Position numbers and translations under genes: made by a program. Below, piece after piece: positions 18,203-28,701 of a DNA stretch of 64,000 nt. The stretch comes from Candidatus Multivorans sp. (GTDB lineage: Bacteria > Acidobacteriota > Thermoanaerobaculia > Multivoradales > Multivoraceae), in assembly GCA_965224025.1 (NCBI GenBank), contig OZ245033.1:2752001-2816000 (forward strand). Reading direction: 5' to 3'. Below the pieces are notes generated by a model, which worked only from the letters and a program-made list of their open reading frames with translations, did no database searches and had not been told where the DNA came from. Each line of letters opens with the position of its first letter. Position 1 is the stretch's first letter.

Positions 18203-20648
18203 TCGAAGCCGCTTCTCGGGCCCGGCGCGGATGGGCGCGCTCCTGGCCGTGCTCCTGGCGGCGTCGCCGGCCGCATCTCAACTTCTTGTCGGTCGTCCGA
18301 TCGCGTCGGTCGAGTACACCGGCGTCGAGACGCTGAGCGAAGAGAGCCTGAGCTACTACCTCGACTTGGCGCCGGGAAAGCCCTGGGATCCGGGCCGACT
18401 GAACGACCGGATCAAGGAGCTGTGGGAGCGTGAGCTGGTCGACGACATCTCCGTCAATGCCGAGGCCGAAGGCGAGGGCGTCGGGGTGCGGGTTGCGATC
18501 ACTGAACGGCCCCTCCTGACCTCTCTTGACTACGACGGGCTGAAGAAGCTGAAGCGCAGCGACATCGGCGACATGACGGATCGGGAGCGCATCTCGGTCT
18601 ACGAGGATCTTCCGCTCGACCTCGGTGAACTGGCCCGCCTCGAGCAGGCGATCAAGAAGCTCTACGAAGAGCGGGGCTACCGCTTCGCCGGGATCCACGT
18701 GGAGGTGCAGGACGCGGGCCTGGGCGAGAAGCGTGTTCTGATCACCGTCGACGAGGGCGGCCGGGTCAAGATCGGCCAGGTCGACTTCGAGGGCAACGAA
18801 GTGTTCTCCGCCGGCAAGCTCCGCCGACAGATGGAGAAGACGAAGAAGTCGAATCTGCTGACCCGGATTCGCAAGCGCGACGTCTTCAACTCGGCCACCG
18901 TCGAGGAGGATCTCGACAAGGTCAAGGGCCTCTATCGCCGCTTCGGCTACAAGGATGTCGAGGTCGGCGATCCGGAACTCGACGTGATCGAGCGCAAGCC
19001 GAACGCGGAGCGGCTAGAGGACCGCAAGCGGCAGCTCGCCCTGGTGGTGCCGATCGAGGAGGGGCCGCGCTGGAAGCTGGGTGAAATCGACATCGAAGGC
19101 GCCGAGGTGTTGCCGGAAGGCCTCCTGCGCCGGATGTTCAAGGATCCCCAGGGCGGTTGGCTGCGTTCGGACGTGATCGACGAGGGGGTCGAGCAGATCG
19201 GCGAGCTCTACAGCAACAGCGGCTACATCTTCGCGGACGTGAAGATGGAGGTCATCGAACGCGACGATCTGGTGGCGGATCTGCTGGTGACGGTCGAGGA
19301 GAACGACCAGTTCAGGGTCGGGAGGCTCGAGTTCACCGGCAACGACCGCACCCGGGACCGCGTTCTCCGGCGCCAGATGCTGCTGAAGGAGGGCGATGTC
19401 TTCAACTCGGGCAGGCTCCGCACCAGCCTGTTGCGGCTCAGTCAGCTCGAGTACTACGTAGTCAACGAGGACGATCCGGTCGAGGTCAACTACGACACCG
19501 GCAACCAGAAGGTCGATCTGGTCGTCAAGGGCACGGAAGCGGGCCAGACCGAGGTCCAGTTCGGCGGCGGCTACAGCGAGCTGGACGGGTTCTTCGTCCA
19601 GTCGGCTCTCCGCACCCGCAACTTCCTCGGCCGCGGCGAGACCGTCGGCGTATCGATTCAGACCGGGCGCTATCGCGACATCTTCGATGTCTCCTACTAC
19701 ATGCCGTGGGTCAAGGACCGGCCGCAGAACATCGGCATCCAGTTGTTCAACCGCGACACGGACTTCGATCTGCTGGTCGACCAGCGCTACCGGAGCAAGG
19801 AGGCGGGCGGCGTCATCTCGTTCGGACGGCAGTTCCGGCGGTGGGAGCTCGTCCAGTTGGCCTACAGCAACATGGACATCGAGAGCTACCAGTCGCAAAC
19901 CTTCTTTTTCTTCGAGGATCCGGAGGAGCGGGACGAGACTCTGAGCGACACGATCGAGCAGGCGTTCCAGTTCAACAGGCGGTCGATCACCGCGACCTAC
20001 CAGTACGACAGCCACAACAGCCGGCTCGAGCCGACCCAGGGCAAACGACTGATTGCCTCGCTCGAGTACGCCGGCGGTCTGCTGGGCGGCGAGTCGTTCT
20101 TCATCCGGCCCTCGCTGACGGCCGCGATCACCGTGCCGTTGACGCGGGGGGCGTGGCGCACGGTGGGCAGGGCGAACTTCCAGCTCGGCTACATCAAGCC
20201 CTTCGGCATGGACGACGAGGGCAACCTCCGCCAACTGTTCTTCCTCGATCGCTATCTGCTCGGCGGGGAGAACAGCCTCAGGGGCTTCGCCTTCCGGTCG
20301 ATCTGGGTGCGCGATCCGGAAACCGGGCGAACGCTGCTGGATCAGAACGGTTTCCCTCAGGGCGGCAACAAGAGCGTCGTGGTCAACCTCGAGCACCACA
20401 CGCTGGTCAACGGCCCCTTCCGGGTGGTCGCCTTCTTTGACGCCGGCAACGTCTATGGCGATGACCAGGACGTCGACTTCAGCCACATGAGAATGTCTGC
20501 CGGTATCGAACTTCGGGTTAACGTGCCTATCCTTGGAGCCCCGCTCCGGTTCATCTACGCTACGAACCTGAATCCCCTCGACGACCTCGGCGGTTTCGAC
20601 CGGGAACGCTTCGACAGCTTTGACTTCAGCATCGGGACCAGCTTCTGA
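18171..20648 (+). CDS. bamA: Outer membrane protein assembly factor BamA
   Basis: POTRA repeats, RNFLGRG, LRGF lid motif, C-terminal Phe. Confidence 0.96.
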   Translation: MRRNLLLPNPDRSRFSGPARMGALLAVLLAASPAASQLLVGRPIASVEYTGVETLSEESLSYYLDLAPGKPWDPGRLNDRIKELWERELVDDISVNAEAEGEGVGVRVAITERPLLTSLDYDGLKKLKRSDIGDMTDRERISVYEDLPLDLGELARLEQAIKKLYEERGYRFAGIHVEVQDAGLGEKRVLITVDEGGRVKIGQVDFEGNEVFSAGKLRRQMEKTKKSNLLTRIRKRDVFNSATVEEDLDKVKGLYRRFGYKDVEVGDPELDVIERKPNAERLEDRKRQLALVVPIEEGPRWKLGEIDIEGAEVLPEGLLRRMFKDPQGGWLRSDVIDEGVEQIGELYSNSGYIFADVKMEVIERDDLVADLLVTVEENDQFRVGRLEFTGNDRTRDRVLRRQMLLKEGDVFNSGRLRTSLLRLSQLEYYVVNEDDPVEVNYDTGNQKVDLVVKGTEAGQTEVQFGGGYSELDGFFVQSALRTRNFLGRGETVGVSIQTGRYRDIFDVSYYMPWVKDRPQNIGIQLFNRDTDFDLLVDQRYRSKEAGGVISFGRQFRRWELVQLAYSNMDIESYQSQTFFFFEDPEERDETLSDTIEQAFQFNRRSITATYQYDSHNSRLEPTQGKRLIASLEYAGGLLGGESFFIRPSLTAAITVPLTRGAWRTVGRANFQLGYIKPFGMDDEGNLRQLFFLDRYLLGGENSLRGFAFRSIWVRDPETGRTLLDQNGFPQGGNKSVVVNLEHHTLVNGPFRVVAFFDAGNVYGDDQDVDFSHMRMSAGIELRVNVPILGAPLRFIYATNLNPLDDLGGFDRERFDSFDFSIGTSF

Positions 20649-20677
20649 GGTCCCTGGCCATAAACGGAGAACAGCCC

Positions 20678-21229
20678 ATGAAACTCAACACACTCGTTGC
20701 CCGCGCCGCCCTCGTCGCGGGCGCCGTCCTCCTGGGGGCCCTGACCTCGGGACCGGCCCTCGCCCAGAGCAAGATCGCGGTGATCGAGGTCGAGCGGCTG
20801 CTGCAGGAATCGGGTCGAGGCCAGGTGGCGGTCCAGGAACTGACCAGGCTCAGGGACCAGATGCAGTCGCGGCTCCAGGGTCAGCAGGAACAGTTGGCGG
20901 CACTGCAGAAGCAGTACACCGACGGCCGTCTGACCCTGGCTGAGGATCGTCTGGCGGAGATGGAGAAGCAGATCGAGGACATGACCATCGGGCTGCAACG
21001 TTCCCAGGACGACGCGAACCGCGAGATGCAGAAGCTGCAGACCGAGAAGTTCGGCGAGATCGAGCAGGCCGTCCTGCCGATCATCTCCCAGGTCGGCCGG
21101 GAGTTCGGCTACACGGCGATCTTCAACAAGTTCCAGGGCGGATTGCTGTACTCGGCCGATGCCGCCGACATCACGAACCTGATCATCGAGCGCTACAACG
21201 CCGCCTATCCGGCGACGCTCGCGGAGTAG
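20678..21229 (+). CDS. skp: Periplasmic chaperone Skp/OmpH
   Basis: Signal peptide, KIAVI, coiled coil, DIT; follows bamA. Confidence 0.92.
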   Translation: MKLNTLVARAALVAGAVLLGALTSGPALAQSKIAVIEVERLLQESGRGQVAVQELTRLRDQMQSRLQGQQEQLAALQKQYTDGRLTLAEDRLAEMEKQIEDMTIGLQRSQDDANREMQKLQTEKFGEIEQAVLPIISQVGREFGYTAIFNKFQGGLLYSADAADITNLIIERYNAAYPATLAE

Positions 21230-21233
21230 CCGG

Positions 21234-22631
21234 CTATTCGTTCCTGATGCCGTAGAGCTTCGAGCGGGTGCGGATCAGCAGCCGGTCGCCCGCGACCGCG
21301 GGCGACGCCATCGCCATCTCGTCGAGGCTGTTGATGTGCAGCACTTCGTACTCGGCGCCGGCCCGGATCACGTAGGTGTCGCCCTGCTCGCTCAGCGCGA
21401 AGACGCGGTCGTTGTAGGCCCACGGCGATGAGGTGAAGCTGGCGCCGCCGCGCGGAGCGACCCGCTGGCGGCCGTACACCGGTTCCCCCGTCAGCGCGTC
21501 GTAGGCCTCGAAGAAGCCGCGGTCCAGCAGGCTGTAGTAGATGCCCTTGTAGACCAGGGGCGAGGTGTTGTAGTTGCCGGCCTTCGGCTGGTGCCAGGCG
21601 ACGAACTCGCTCTCGGTCGCGTCCTCCTCCAGGGTGATGTCGCCCAATGCGCCCGGACGGATCGCGAACACCGGCCGGCGCTGGTCCTGGAAGTAGCCGG
21701 AGTTCACGTAGACCATGTCGTGCGCGGCAAAGGGAGTCGCGATCGCCGCCCACGACATGCGGCCGTCCATCTCCCAGAGCAACTCGCCGTCGAGGCCGTA
21801 GGAGCGGATGCGGTTCTTGCCGTTGGTGACGATCTCGGCGCGGACTTCGTTCGTCCACACGAGGGGCGTGGCCCAACTCGAGACCTCGTCGCGGTCGGTA
21901 CGCCAGCGCTGCTCGCCGGTGACCTTGTCGAGGCCGGCGATCCAGGACTCCTCCTCGTTGTCGTACAGGACGATCAGCAGGTCGTCGTGCACCACCGGCG
22001 AGGAGGCGGCGCCGTAGTCCCACATGGTCGGCCGGAAGGGGGTGTCGAAGCTCCAGACCGAGGCCCCGTCCATCGTGAAGGCGTAGACACCGAGATCGCC
22101 GAAGCGGACGTAGACGCGTTCACCGTCGGTGGTGGGGGTCTCGGAGGCGTAGGTCTGCTTCTGGTGACGCGGGAACTCGGGGATTCCCGTCTTGACGGAG
22201 CGATGCCAGACGACCTCGCCGGTCTCGATGTCCAGGCAGTAGACCCGCCAGTCATGGATGGCCTGGGGCGGTTCGCTCCGCCCTCGCGCGGCGTAGAGCC
22301 CGGCCTGGGGACGTTCGAACTCGCCCTCGGACACCGCCGCCGTGAGGAACACGCGGTTGCCCCAGACGATCGGACTCGACCAGCCGAGACCCGAGACCTC
22401 GGTCACCCACTCGACGTTCTCCGTCTGGCTCCAGCGGTCCGGCAGGTTCGGGTTGTCCTCGACCGCCGGGTTCATGCCCGGGCCGCGGAACTGGGGCCAG
22501 TTGTCGGATGCTTGGGCCGGTGCGGTGACGCAGAGAGTGGCGCAGGTGAGGATCGCTACTGCGCTCGCTGCACGGTCGATCAACCGGGGCGAGAGTTCGC
22601 GACAGGGTCGCGACGTGGTCGGTGCATCCAT
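21234..22631 (-). CDS. PQQ-like beta-propeller repeat protein
   Basis: NWPQFRGP, WSSPIV, SSPVV, ASPAV repeats; signal peptide. Confidence 0.88.
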   Translation of the reverse strand: MDAPTTSRPCRELSPRLIDRAASAVAILTCATLCVTAPAQASDNWPQFRGPGMNPAVEDNPNLPDRWSQTENVEWVTEVSGLGWSSPIVWGNRVFLTAAVSEGEFERPQAGLYAARGRSEPPQAIHDWRVYCLDIETGEVVWHRSVKTGIPEFPRHQKQTYASETPTTDGERVYVRFGDLGVYAFTMDGASVWSFDTPFRPTMWDYGAASSPVVHDDLLIVLYDNEEESWIAGLDKVTGEQRWRTDRDEVSSWATPLVWTNEVRAEIVTNGKNRIRSYGLDGELLWEMDGRMSWAAIATPFAAHDMVYVNSGYFQDQRRPVFAIRPGALGDITLEEDATESEFVAWHQPKAGNYNTSPLVYKGIYYSLLDRGFFEAYDALTGEPVYGRQRVAPRGGASFTSSPWAYNDRVFALSEQGDTYVIRAGAEYEVLHINSLDEMAMASPAVAGDRLLIRTRSKLYGIRNE

Positions 22632-22721
22632 CGAAGGAACCTCCAGGAGTCGTCGAAGAGAGTTCCGGCATCGTATCGCTGCCCAGACGGGCGTCCACCG
22701 GGGTTCTTGTAGTCTCGTTCA

Positions 22722-23849
22722 GTGACCCACCGTCTGGCTGATCTCGCCGCGATGATCGGCGCCGAGTTTGTGGGCGATCCGGATCGGCCCATCGACGGTG
22801 TCGCCACGCTGGAGGCCGCCGGTGACCGGGATCTCTCCTTCCTGACCAATCCCAGGTACCGGGATCAGGCGCGCTCTTCGGGGGCCGGGGCGCTCCTGGT
22901 GCCGAAGGACATCTCGCCCGACACGCTTGGCGGTCTGCCCGCCGACTTGTTGTTCTGCGACGACGCGTATCGCGCTCTTGCCGACCTGATGACGGCGCTC
23001 TTCCCGACGCCCGAAGTGGCGCCGGGCGTTCATGAGACGGCGTGCGTCGATGCGACCGCCCGTGTCGATGCCGCCGCCCGGATCGATGCCTTCGCCGTCG
23101 TCGGCGCGGGGTCGACGGTGGCCGCGGGCGCGATCGTCGGCGCCCACGGCGTGGTCGGCCGCGGCTGCCGGATCGGCGCGGGCACGGTGCTTCACCCGCA
23201 CGTCGTGGTCTACGACGGCGGCCGGATCGGCGATCGGGTGATCGTCCACTCGGGCGTCGTGCTCGGGGCGGACGGATTCGGTTTTGCCGAGGGGGCGGCG
23301 GCGGCGTCGCGGGTCAAGTTGCCCCAGGTCGGCGTCGTCGCGATCGAGGACGATGTCGAGATCGGCGCCAACTCGGCCATCGACCGGGCCACGTTCGACA
23401 CCACTCGCATTGGCCGCGGCACCAAGATCGACAACCTGGTGCAGATCGGTCACAACGCGCAGATCGGCAAGGGATGCATCCTCTGCGGACAGGCGGGGGT
23501 GTCAGGCAGCAGCCGCATCGGCGACCGGGTTCTGCTCGCGGGTCAGGCCGGTGTCGCGGGTCATTTCGAGATCGGGGACGGGGTGCAGGTCGCGGCCAAG
23601 TCCGCCGTGTTCCAGGAGGTGCCGCCGGGGCAGCGGGTTGCTGGAATCCCCGCGACGCCGATTGCCGCCTGGCGTCGCCGGAACGCGCTACAGTCCCGCC
23701 TGCCGGCGATGCGCGCCGCGCTGCGCGGCCTTGAGCGCCGCGTCCAGGAGTTGGAAGCGGCGGGCATCGACGGGGTGGGTGGCTCGGCGTCGTCGGCTGG
23801 ACCTTTGCCGGCAGCGGATCGAGTGACGGACGGGGGAGACGAGAAGTGA
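22722..23849 (+). CDS. lpxD: UDP-3-O-acyl-glucosamine N-acyltransferase
   Basis: Hexapeptide repeats, [23 protein letters not shown]. Confidence 0.97.
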   Translation: MTHRLADLAAMIGAEFVGDPDRPIDGVATLEAAGDRDLSFLTNPRYRDQARSSGAGALLVPKDISPDTLGGLPADLLFCDDAYRALADLMTALFPTPEVAPGVHETACVDATARVDAAARIDAFAVVGAGSTVAAGAIVGAHGVVGRGCRIGAGTVLHPHVVVYDGGRIGDRVIVHSGVVLGADGFGFAEGAAAASRVKLPQVGVVAIEDDVEIGANSAIDRATFDTTRIGRGTKIDNLVQIGHNAQIGKGCILCGQAGVSGSSRIGDRVLLAGQAGVAGHFEIGDGVQVAAKSAVFQEVPPGQRVAGIPATPIAAWRRRNALQSRLPAMRAALRGLERRVQELEAAGIDGVGGSASSAGPLPAADRVTDGGDEK

Positions 23850-24316
23850 GCGAGGAGCAGACCGTTGGCGGGGCGCCCCTGGGCCCGTTCGACTCGCGTT
23901 GGATCGCGACCGTGCTGCCGCACCGCTATCCGCTGCTCCTGGTCGACCGGGTGCTGGAGTTGGCGCCGGGGCGGCGCGTGGTGGCGATCAAGAACGTGAC
24001 CCGCAACGAGCCCTTCTTCGACGGCCACTTCCCGGGCAACCCGATCATGCCCGGCGTGCTGGTGATCGAGGCGATGGCGCAGACGGCGGCGCTGCTGCTG
24101 CTGCACGAAGTGGAAGATCGGGATCAGAAGGTGCTCTTCCTCTCCGGTATCGAGAAGGTTCGCTTTCGCAGGCCCGTGGTCCCAGGCGATCAACTGCGGA
24201 TGGAGGTGCAGTCCCTGCGCATGCGGACCGTCCATTCACGCTTCCGGGGCCGGGCGACCGTGAATGGCGAGCTGGCGGTGGAGGCGGTCTGCACGTCCAC
24301 GATGGCCAGGGCCTGA
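23846..24316 (+). CDS. fabZ: 3-hydroxyacyl-ACP dehydratase
   Basis: [31 protein letters not shown]. Confidence 0.97.
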   Translation: MSEEQTVGGAPLGPFDSRWIATVLPHRYPLLLVDRVLELAPGRRVVAIKNVTRNEPFFDGHFPGNPIMPGVLVIEAMAQTAALLLLHEVEDRDQKVLFLSGIEKVRFRRPVVPGDQLRMEVQSLRMRTVHSRFRGRATVNGELAVEAVCTSTMARA

Positions 24317-24350
24317 AAGACCGGCGGTTGCTGATGCCGGGGCACGCACG

Positions 24351-25163
24351 GTGACGGCCGAACTCCACCCGACGGCGATCGTCGACCGTGAGGCCGAGTT
24401 GGGCGAAGACGTGGTCATCGGTCCCTACGCCGTGATCGGCGCCGGCGTTAAGGTCGGCGACGGCACGAAGGTCGGCGCCCACGCGACGATCTACGGCGAA
24501 ACGGTCCTCGGCCGGGCGAACAGGGTCTTTCCCCATGCGGCGATCGGCTTCGACCCGCAGGACCTCAAGTACAAGGGAGAGAGCAGCCGGCTGGCGATCG
24601 GCGACCGGAACCAGTTCCGGGAGTTCTGCACGATCAACCGGGGAACGGAGTTCGGCGGCGGCGAGACGCGGATCGCCGATGACAACCTGTTCATGACCCA
24701 GACGCACGTCGGCCACGACAGCCAAGTGGGCAGCCGCACCGTGTTCACCAACGCCGCCACTCTGGCCGGGCACGTGGTGGTCGAGGACGACGCGACGCTC
24801 GGCGCGTTCTCGGGTGTCCACCAGTTCTGCCGGGTGGGCAGGCACGCCTACATCGGCGGCTTTTCGGTGATCACCATGGACGCGCTGCCGTTCTGCATCA
24901 CGGTCGGGATCAAGCCGGCGTGCATGGGCGTCAACCGCATCGGCCTGGAACGCAAAGGGAAGTCGCCCGAGGACATCCGGGCGATCGAGCGCGCGGTGAA
25001 GGTGGTCACGCGCTCGCGCCGGAACAGGACCCAGGCTCTGGAGGAACTGGACACCGGGCATGCCGGGCACGCCGACGTGGACGCGCTGATCGCGTTCATT
25101 CGCAGTTCCGCCAGAGGCTTCATCCGCTCGGCGCGCCGCGGCTCGCGAGGCGCCGGCGCCTGA
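24351..25163 (+). CDS. lpxA: Acyl-ACP--UDP-N-acetylglucosamine O-acyltransferase
   Basis: LHPTAIV, PQDLKY, HVGHD, LAGHV, HQFCRVG; GTG start 24351. Confidence 0.96.
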   Translation: MTAELHPTAIVDREAELGEDVVIGPYAVIGAGVKVGDGTKVGAHATIYGETVLGRANRVFPHAAIGFDPQDLKYKGESSRLAIGDRNQFREFCTINRGTEFGGGETRIADDNLFMTQTHVGHDSQVGSRTVFTNAATLAGHVVVEDDATLGAFSGVHQFCRVGRHAYIGGFSVITMDALPFCITVGIKPACMGVNRIGLERKGKSPEDIRAIERAVKVVTRSRRNRTQALEELDTGHAGHADVDALIAFIRSSARGFIRSARRGSRGAGA

Positions 25164-25173
25164 GGGCGCGCCG

Positions 25174-26148
25174 ATGGGGAGCGGACTCCGCGCCGGTGTG
25201 GTCGGCGCCGGCGTGATGGGCCGCCATCATGTCCGCCTGCTCACGGACCTTCTGGGACCCCGGGCGGTGCTCGTGGTCGATGCCGATGCGGCTCGGGCCG
25301 CAACCGTCGCGGATGAGCACGGCGTCGCGGTGGCGGCTGGACTCGGCGAGCTGGCGGAGGCCGTCGACGTGGCCGTGGTCGCCGTTCCAACGGTCGATCA
25401 CCTCGACGTGGCGGGGCGTCTGATCGAGGCCGGAGTCCACGTCCTGGTCGAAAAGCCGATCGCGGTCGACCTCGCCCAGGCGGACGCACTGGTCGAGGCC
25501 GCGGCGGCGCGCGGTGTGGTTCTGGCGGCGGGCCACGTCGAGTTCTACAATCCAGCCGTTCAGGCACTGTTGGCTTCGGGTCGCGGGCCTCGCTTCGTCG
25601 AAGTCGAACGGATGTCGCCCTTCAGCCCTCGTAGCCTGGACGTGGACGTGGTGCTGGACCTGATGATTCACGACCTGCAGATCCTCCACGCCCTCGATCC
25701 GAGTCCGGTGCGCGAAGTACGGGCGGTCGGGATCGATGTCCTGTCGGACCGGGTCGACATCGCCGACGCCCGGATCGAACTCGAATCGGGCTGTGTCGCG
25801 AACCTGACCGCGTCGCGGGTGTCCACGGAGCGGGTGCGGCAGCTGCGGGTCTTCTTCGCGGATCGGTACTACTCGCTGGACTACCAGGAGCAGACGGTGC
25901 GGGGGTTCCGCGGAGTGCGGGGCGCCGGCGCCGCGACGCCCGCCGCGGCCGGCGCCGGGGGACCGGCCGGACGCATCGTGCCGGCCGATCTCGAGGTGGA
26001 ACAGGGCGAACCGCTGTGCCGGGAACTCAAGGCGTTTCTCGACCGCTGTGCGGGTGGACGGGCTGCGTTCGTCGACGGCGAGGCTGGCCGGCGGGCGCTC
26101 AAGACGGCGCTACGGGTGAACTCGACGATCGGCGGAAGCGGAACATGA
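25174..26148 (+). CDS. Gfo/Idh/MocA oxidoreductase (GnnA-like)
   Basis: GAGVMG, LVEKPIA, GHVEFYNP, DVVLDLMIHDL, TASRVS; directly after lpxA. Confidence 0.85.
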   Translation: MGSGLRAGVVGAGVMGRHHVRLLTDLLGPRAVLVVDADAARAATVADEHGVAVAAGLGELAEAVDVAVVAVPTVDHLDVAGRLIEAGVHVLVEKPIAVDLAQADALVEAAAARGVVLAAGHVEFYNPAVQALLASGRGPRFVEVERMSPFSPRSLDVDVVLDLMIHDLQILHALDPSPVREVRAVGIDVLSDRVDIADARIELESGCVANLTASRVSTERVRQLRVFFADRYYSLDYQEQTVRGFRGVRGAGAATPAAAGAGGPAGRIVPADLEVEQGEPLCRELKAFLDRCAGGRAAFVDGEAGRRALKTALRVNSTIGGSGT

Positions 26149-27038
26149 GCGCGGACGCCTACAAGGTAGGGATCATCGGCGGCTCCGGCCTCTACGGCAT
26201 GGAGGAGCTCGAGGTTCACGAGGAACGCGCGATCGAAACGCCGTTCGGCAGCCCCTCCGAGGTCTTCGTGCTGGGCGAGCTGAGCGGTCGGCGGGTCGCT
26301 TTCCTGGCCCGTCACGGCCGCGGCCACCGCATCCTGCCCAGCGAGTTGAACTTCCGGGCCAACATCTATGCCTTCAAGACGCTGGGCATAGAGAGGTTGA
26401 TCTCGCTGTCGGCCGTTGGCTCGCTCCGGCGTCGCTACCAGCCGACCCACATCGTGGTGCCGGACCAGTTCATCGACCGGACGCGGTACCGGCCCGACAC
26501 GTTCTTCGGCAACGGGCTGGCGGCGCATGTCGCCTTCGCCGATCCGATCTGTCCGGTGCTGATGGAGGTCTGCGCCGACCAATCGGCCGCGGCGGGCGCC
26601 GTGGTCCACCGCGGCGGCACGTATGTGTGCATGGAGGGACCCCAGTTCTCAACCCGCGCCGAGTCGTTCATGCACCGTGGCTGGGGCGCGGACGTGATCG
26701 GCATGACGAACCTGCAGGAGGCGAAGCTGGCGCGGGAGGCGGAGATCTGCTACTTGACGCTCGCTCTGATCACGGACTACGACTGCTGGCACGAGGAGGA
26801 AGATGACGTCACCGTCGATGCCGTCCTCGCCGTGCTGCAACAGAACGCGCGCACCGCGCAGGCCGCGGTGGCGCGGATCGTCGGGGCGTTGCCGGAGGAA
26901 CGGTCGCCTGGAGCGTGTCCCTGCGCCAATGCGCTGGAGCACGCGCTGATCACCGATCCGTCGGTCATACCGGCGTCCGTGCTGCGCGACCTGGCCCCGA
27001 TCGTCGGCGGGCGCCTGGGCCGCGACGACGACCGTTGA
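26145..27038 (+). CDS. mtnP: S-methyl-5'-thioadenosine phosphorylase
   Basis: GIIGGSG, RHGRGH, SAVGSL, EGPQFSTRAES, GMT, TDYDCW. Confidence 0.95.
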   Translation: MSADAYKVGIIGGSGLYGMEELEVHEERAIETPFGSPSEVFVLGELSGRRVAFLARHGRGHRILPSELNFRANIYAFKTLGIERLISLSAVGSLRRRYQPTHIVVPDQFIDRTRYRPDTFFGNGLAAHVAFADPICPVLMEVCADQSAAAGAVVHRGGTYVCMEGPQFSTRAESFMHRGWGADVIGMTNLQEAKLAREAEICYLTLALITDYDCWHEEEDDVTVDAVLAVLQQNARTAQAAVARIVGALPEERSPGACPCANALEHALITDPSVIPASVLRDLAPIVGGRLGRDDDR

Positions 27039-27061
27039 GCGGCGAAGAGCGGGGGCCCGAA

Positions 27062-27838
27062 GTGACGCGACTGCTGCTGACGAACGACGACGGCGTCGCC
27101 GCGAAGGGCCTGGTCTGCCTGGCGGCGGCGCTCGACGAAGCCGTGACGCCCTTGGGGCCGATCGACTACCGGGTGGTGGCGCCGCTGCACGAGCAGAGCG
27201 GATGCGGGCAGGCCCTGACGCTGTTCCGGCCGCTGCGCGCCAAGCCGGTGCGGGAAGGTTGGTTCTCGGTCGACGGCACGCCGTCCGACTGCGTCAACCT
27301 GGGCGTTCACGCGTTGCTGGACCGGCCCCCCGATCTACTCGTCTCGGGCATCAACTACGGGGTCAACCTGGGCGACGACGTGACTCACAGCGGCACGGTC
27401 GGCGCCGCGCTCGAGGCCAGGCTGCTCGGCATACCGGCAGTCGCCTTCTCCCAGGAGTACCGCAAGGCCCAGCCGGCGGACATGGAACGGGCCGCGGCGC
27501 TGGCGGCGCGCGCGATCGTGTCCCTGCTCGAGCAGGGGATTCCCGATCGGATGCTCCTCAATGTGAACTTCCCGTTCGATCCGCCGCGCGGCGTCAAGGT
27601 CGCGAGGCTCGGCCGGCGTCCGTACCGCAACTCGGTGGTGCAGCAGGATGATCCGCGCGGCGGAGAGATGTACTGGCTGGTGGGAAAGCCGGAGCCTGAG
27701 CGCCTCCACGACACGGACGCCGCGGCCGTTCGCGACGGCTACATCTCGATCACTCCGCTCAGCGCCGACCTGACCGACCGCCGGGCGATCGCCGAGGGCG
27801 ACGGTGTGTTGCCGGGTCTCGTTGGAGCGCTCCGTTGA
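27062..27838 (+). CDS. surE: 5'/3'-nucleotidase SurE
   Basis: LLTNDDG, GTPSDCV, SGINYGVNLG, SGTVGAA. Confidence 0.96.
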   Translation: MTRLLLTNDDGVAAKGLVCLAAALDEAVTPLGPIDYRVVAPLHEQSGCGQALTLFRPLRAKPVREGWFSVDGTPSDCVNLGVHALLDRPPDLLVSGINYGVNLGDDVTHSGTVGAALEARLLGIPAVAFSQEYRKAQPADMERAAALAARAIVSLLEQGIPDRMLLNVNFPFDPPRGVKVARLGRRPYRNSVVQQDDPRGGEMYWLVGKPEPERLHDTDAAAVRDGYISITPLSADLTDRRAIAEGDGVLPGLVGALR

Positions 27839-28515
27839 CGACGGATGGGCTCAAGCTGGACGGCGCCTATCGCTTTCCCCGCCGGCGCATGGTCACGAAG
27901 CTGGTCGAGCAGTACGGCGTGCGGGACGAGCGGGTGCTCGCGGCTTTGGAACGCGTTCCGCGTCACCTCTTCGTGCCGGAGCACCTGGTCAACAACGCTT
28001 ACAGCGATCGTGCGTTGCCGATCGGTTGCGAGCAGACGATTTCCCAGCCCTACATCGTCGCGCGCATGACGGCTGAGCTGGATGTGAGGGAAGAGGACTC
28101 GGTGCTCGAGATCGGTACGGGATCGGGCTACCAGACGGCGATCCTGGCGGCGCTCGCTCGCCGCGTCTACAGCATCGAGAGGGTGGGGCAGTTGGCCCGG
28201 GAGGCGATCGGCAGAATCCAGGCGCTCGAGCTGCCCAACGTCAAGGTCCAGGTCTTCGACGGCACGGTCGGCTGGAGCAGTGCCGCGCCCTTCGACCGCA
28301 TCCTCGTTGCCGCGGCGGCGCCCCGGGTTCCCGACGCGCTTCTCGATCAACTGGCGCCGGGCGGCCGCCTGGTCATTCCGGAAGGGGACCAGCACGAGCA
28401 GCGGTTGATCGACTACCGGAAGCACAAGAACGGCGTGGTCACGCGGGAGGTTGGCGAACCGGTTCGCTTCGTGCCCCTGATCGGTCGACACGGCTGGAAG
28501 ACGAAGGTCGACTAG
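27835..28515 (+). CDS. pcm: Protein-L-isoaspartate O-methyltransferase
   Basis: QTISQPY, VLEIGTGSGYQ, FVPL. Confidence 0.96.
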   Translation: MTTDGLKLDGAYRFPRRRMVTKLVEQYGVRDERVLAALERVPRHLFVPEHLVNNAYSDRALPIGCEQTISQPYIVARMTAELDVREEDSVLEIGTGSGYQTAILAALARRVYSIERVGQLAREAIGRIQALELPNVKVQVFDGTVGWSSAAPFDRILVAAAAPRVPDALLDQLAPGGRLVIPEGDQHEQRLIDYRKHKNGVVTREVGEPVRFVPLIGRHGWKTKVD

Positions 28516-28629
28516 GAGGAGTCGAGTCGCGGCGTCCGCGCCGCGCTGACGCACGGGAAACAGGGCTTGTTCCATGCAAGTATCCGCAGCGGGGACTGAT
28601 GCGCTGTTGCGCAGGGAACGAGGCGGCGT

Positions 28630-28661
28630 CCGGATGCGGGCAGGATGCCCGCGTTCCCAGG
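28630..28661 (-). repeat. REP-like palindrome family B, copy 1 (within a segment flanked by a 16-bp direct repeat)
   Basis: Reverse complement cctgggaacgcgggcatcctgcccgcatccgg; matches 54971-55002 and 58207-58231. Confidence 0.8.
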
Positions 28662-28701
28662 GGCTTGTTCCATGCAGGGGCCCTGACTGGAGAAGATTGC
28701 G

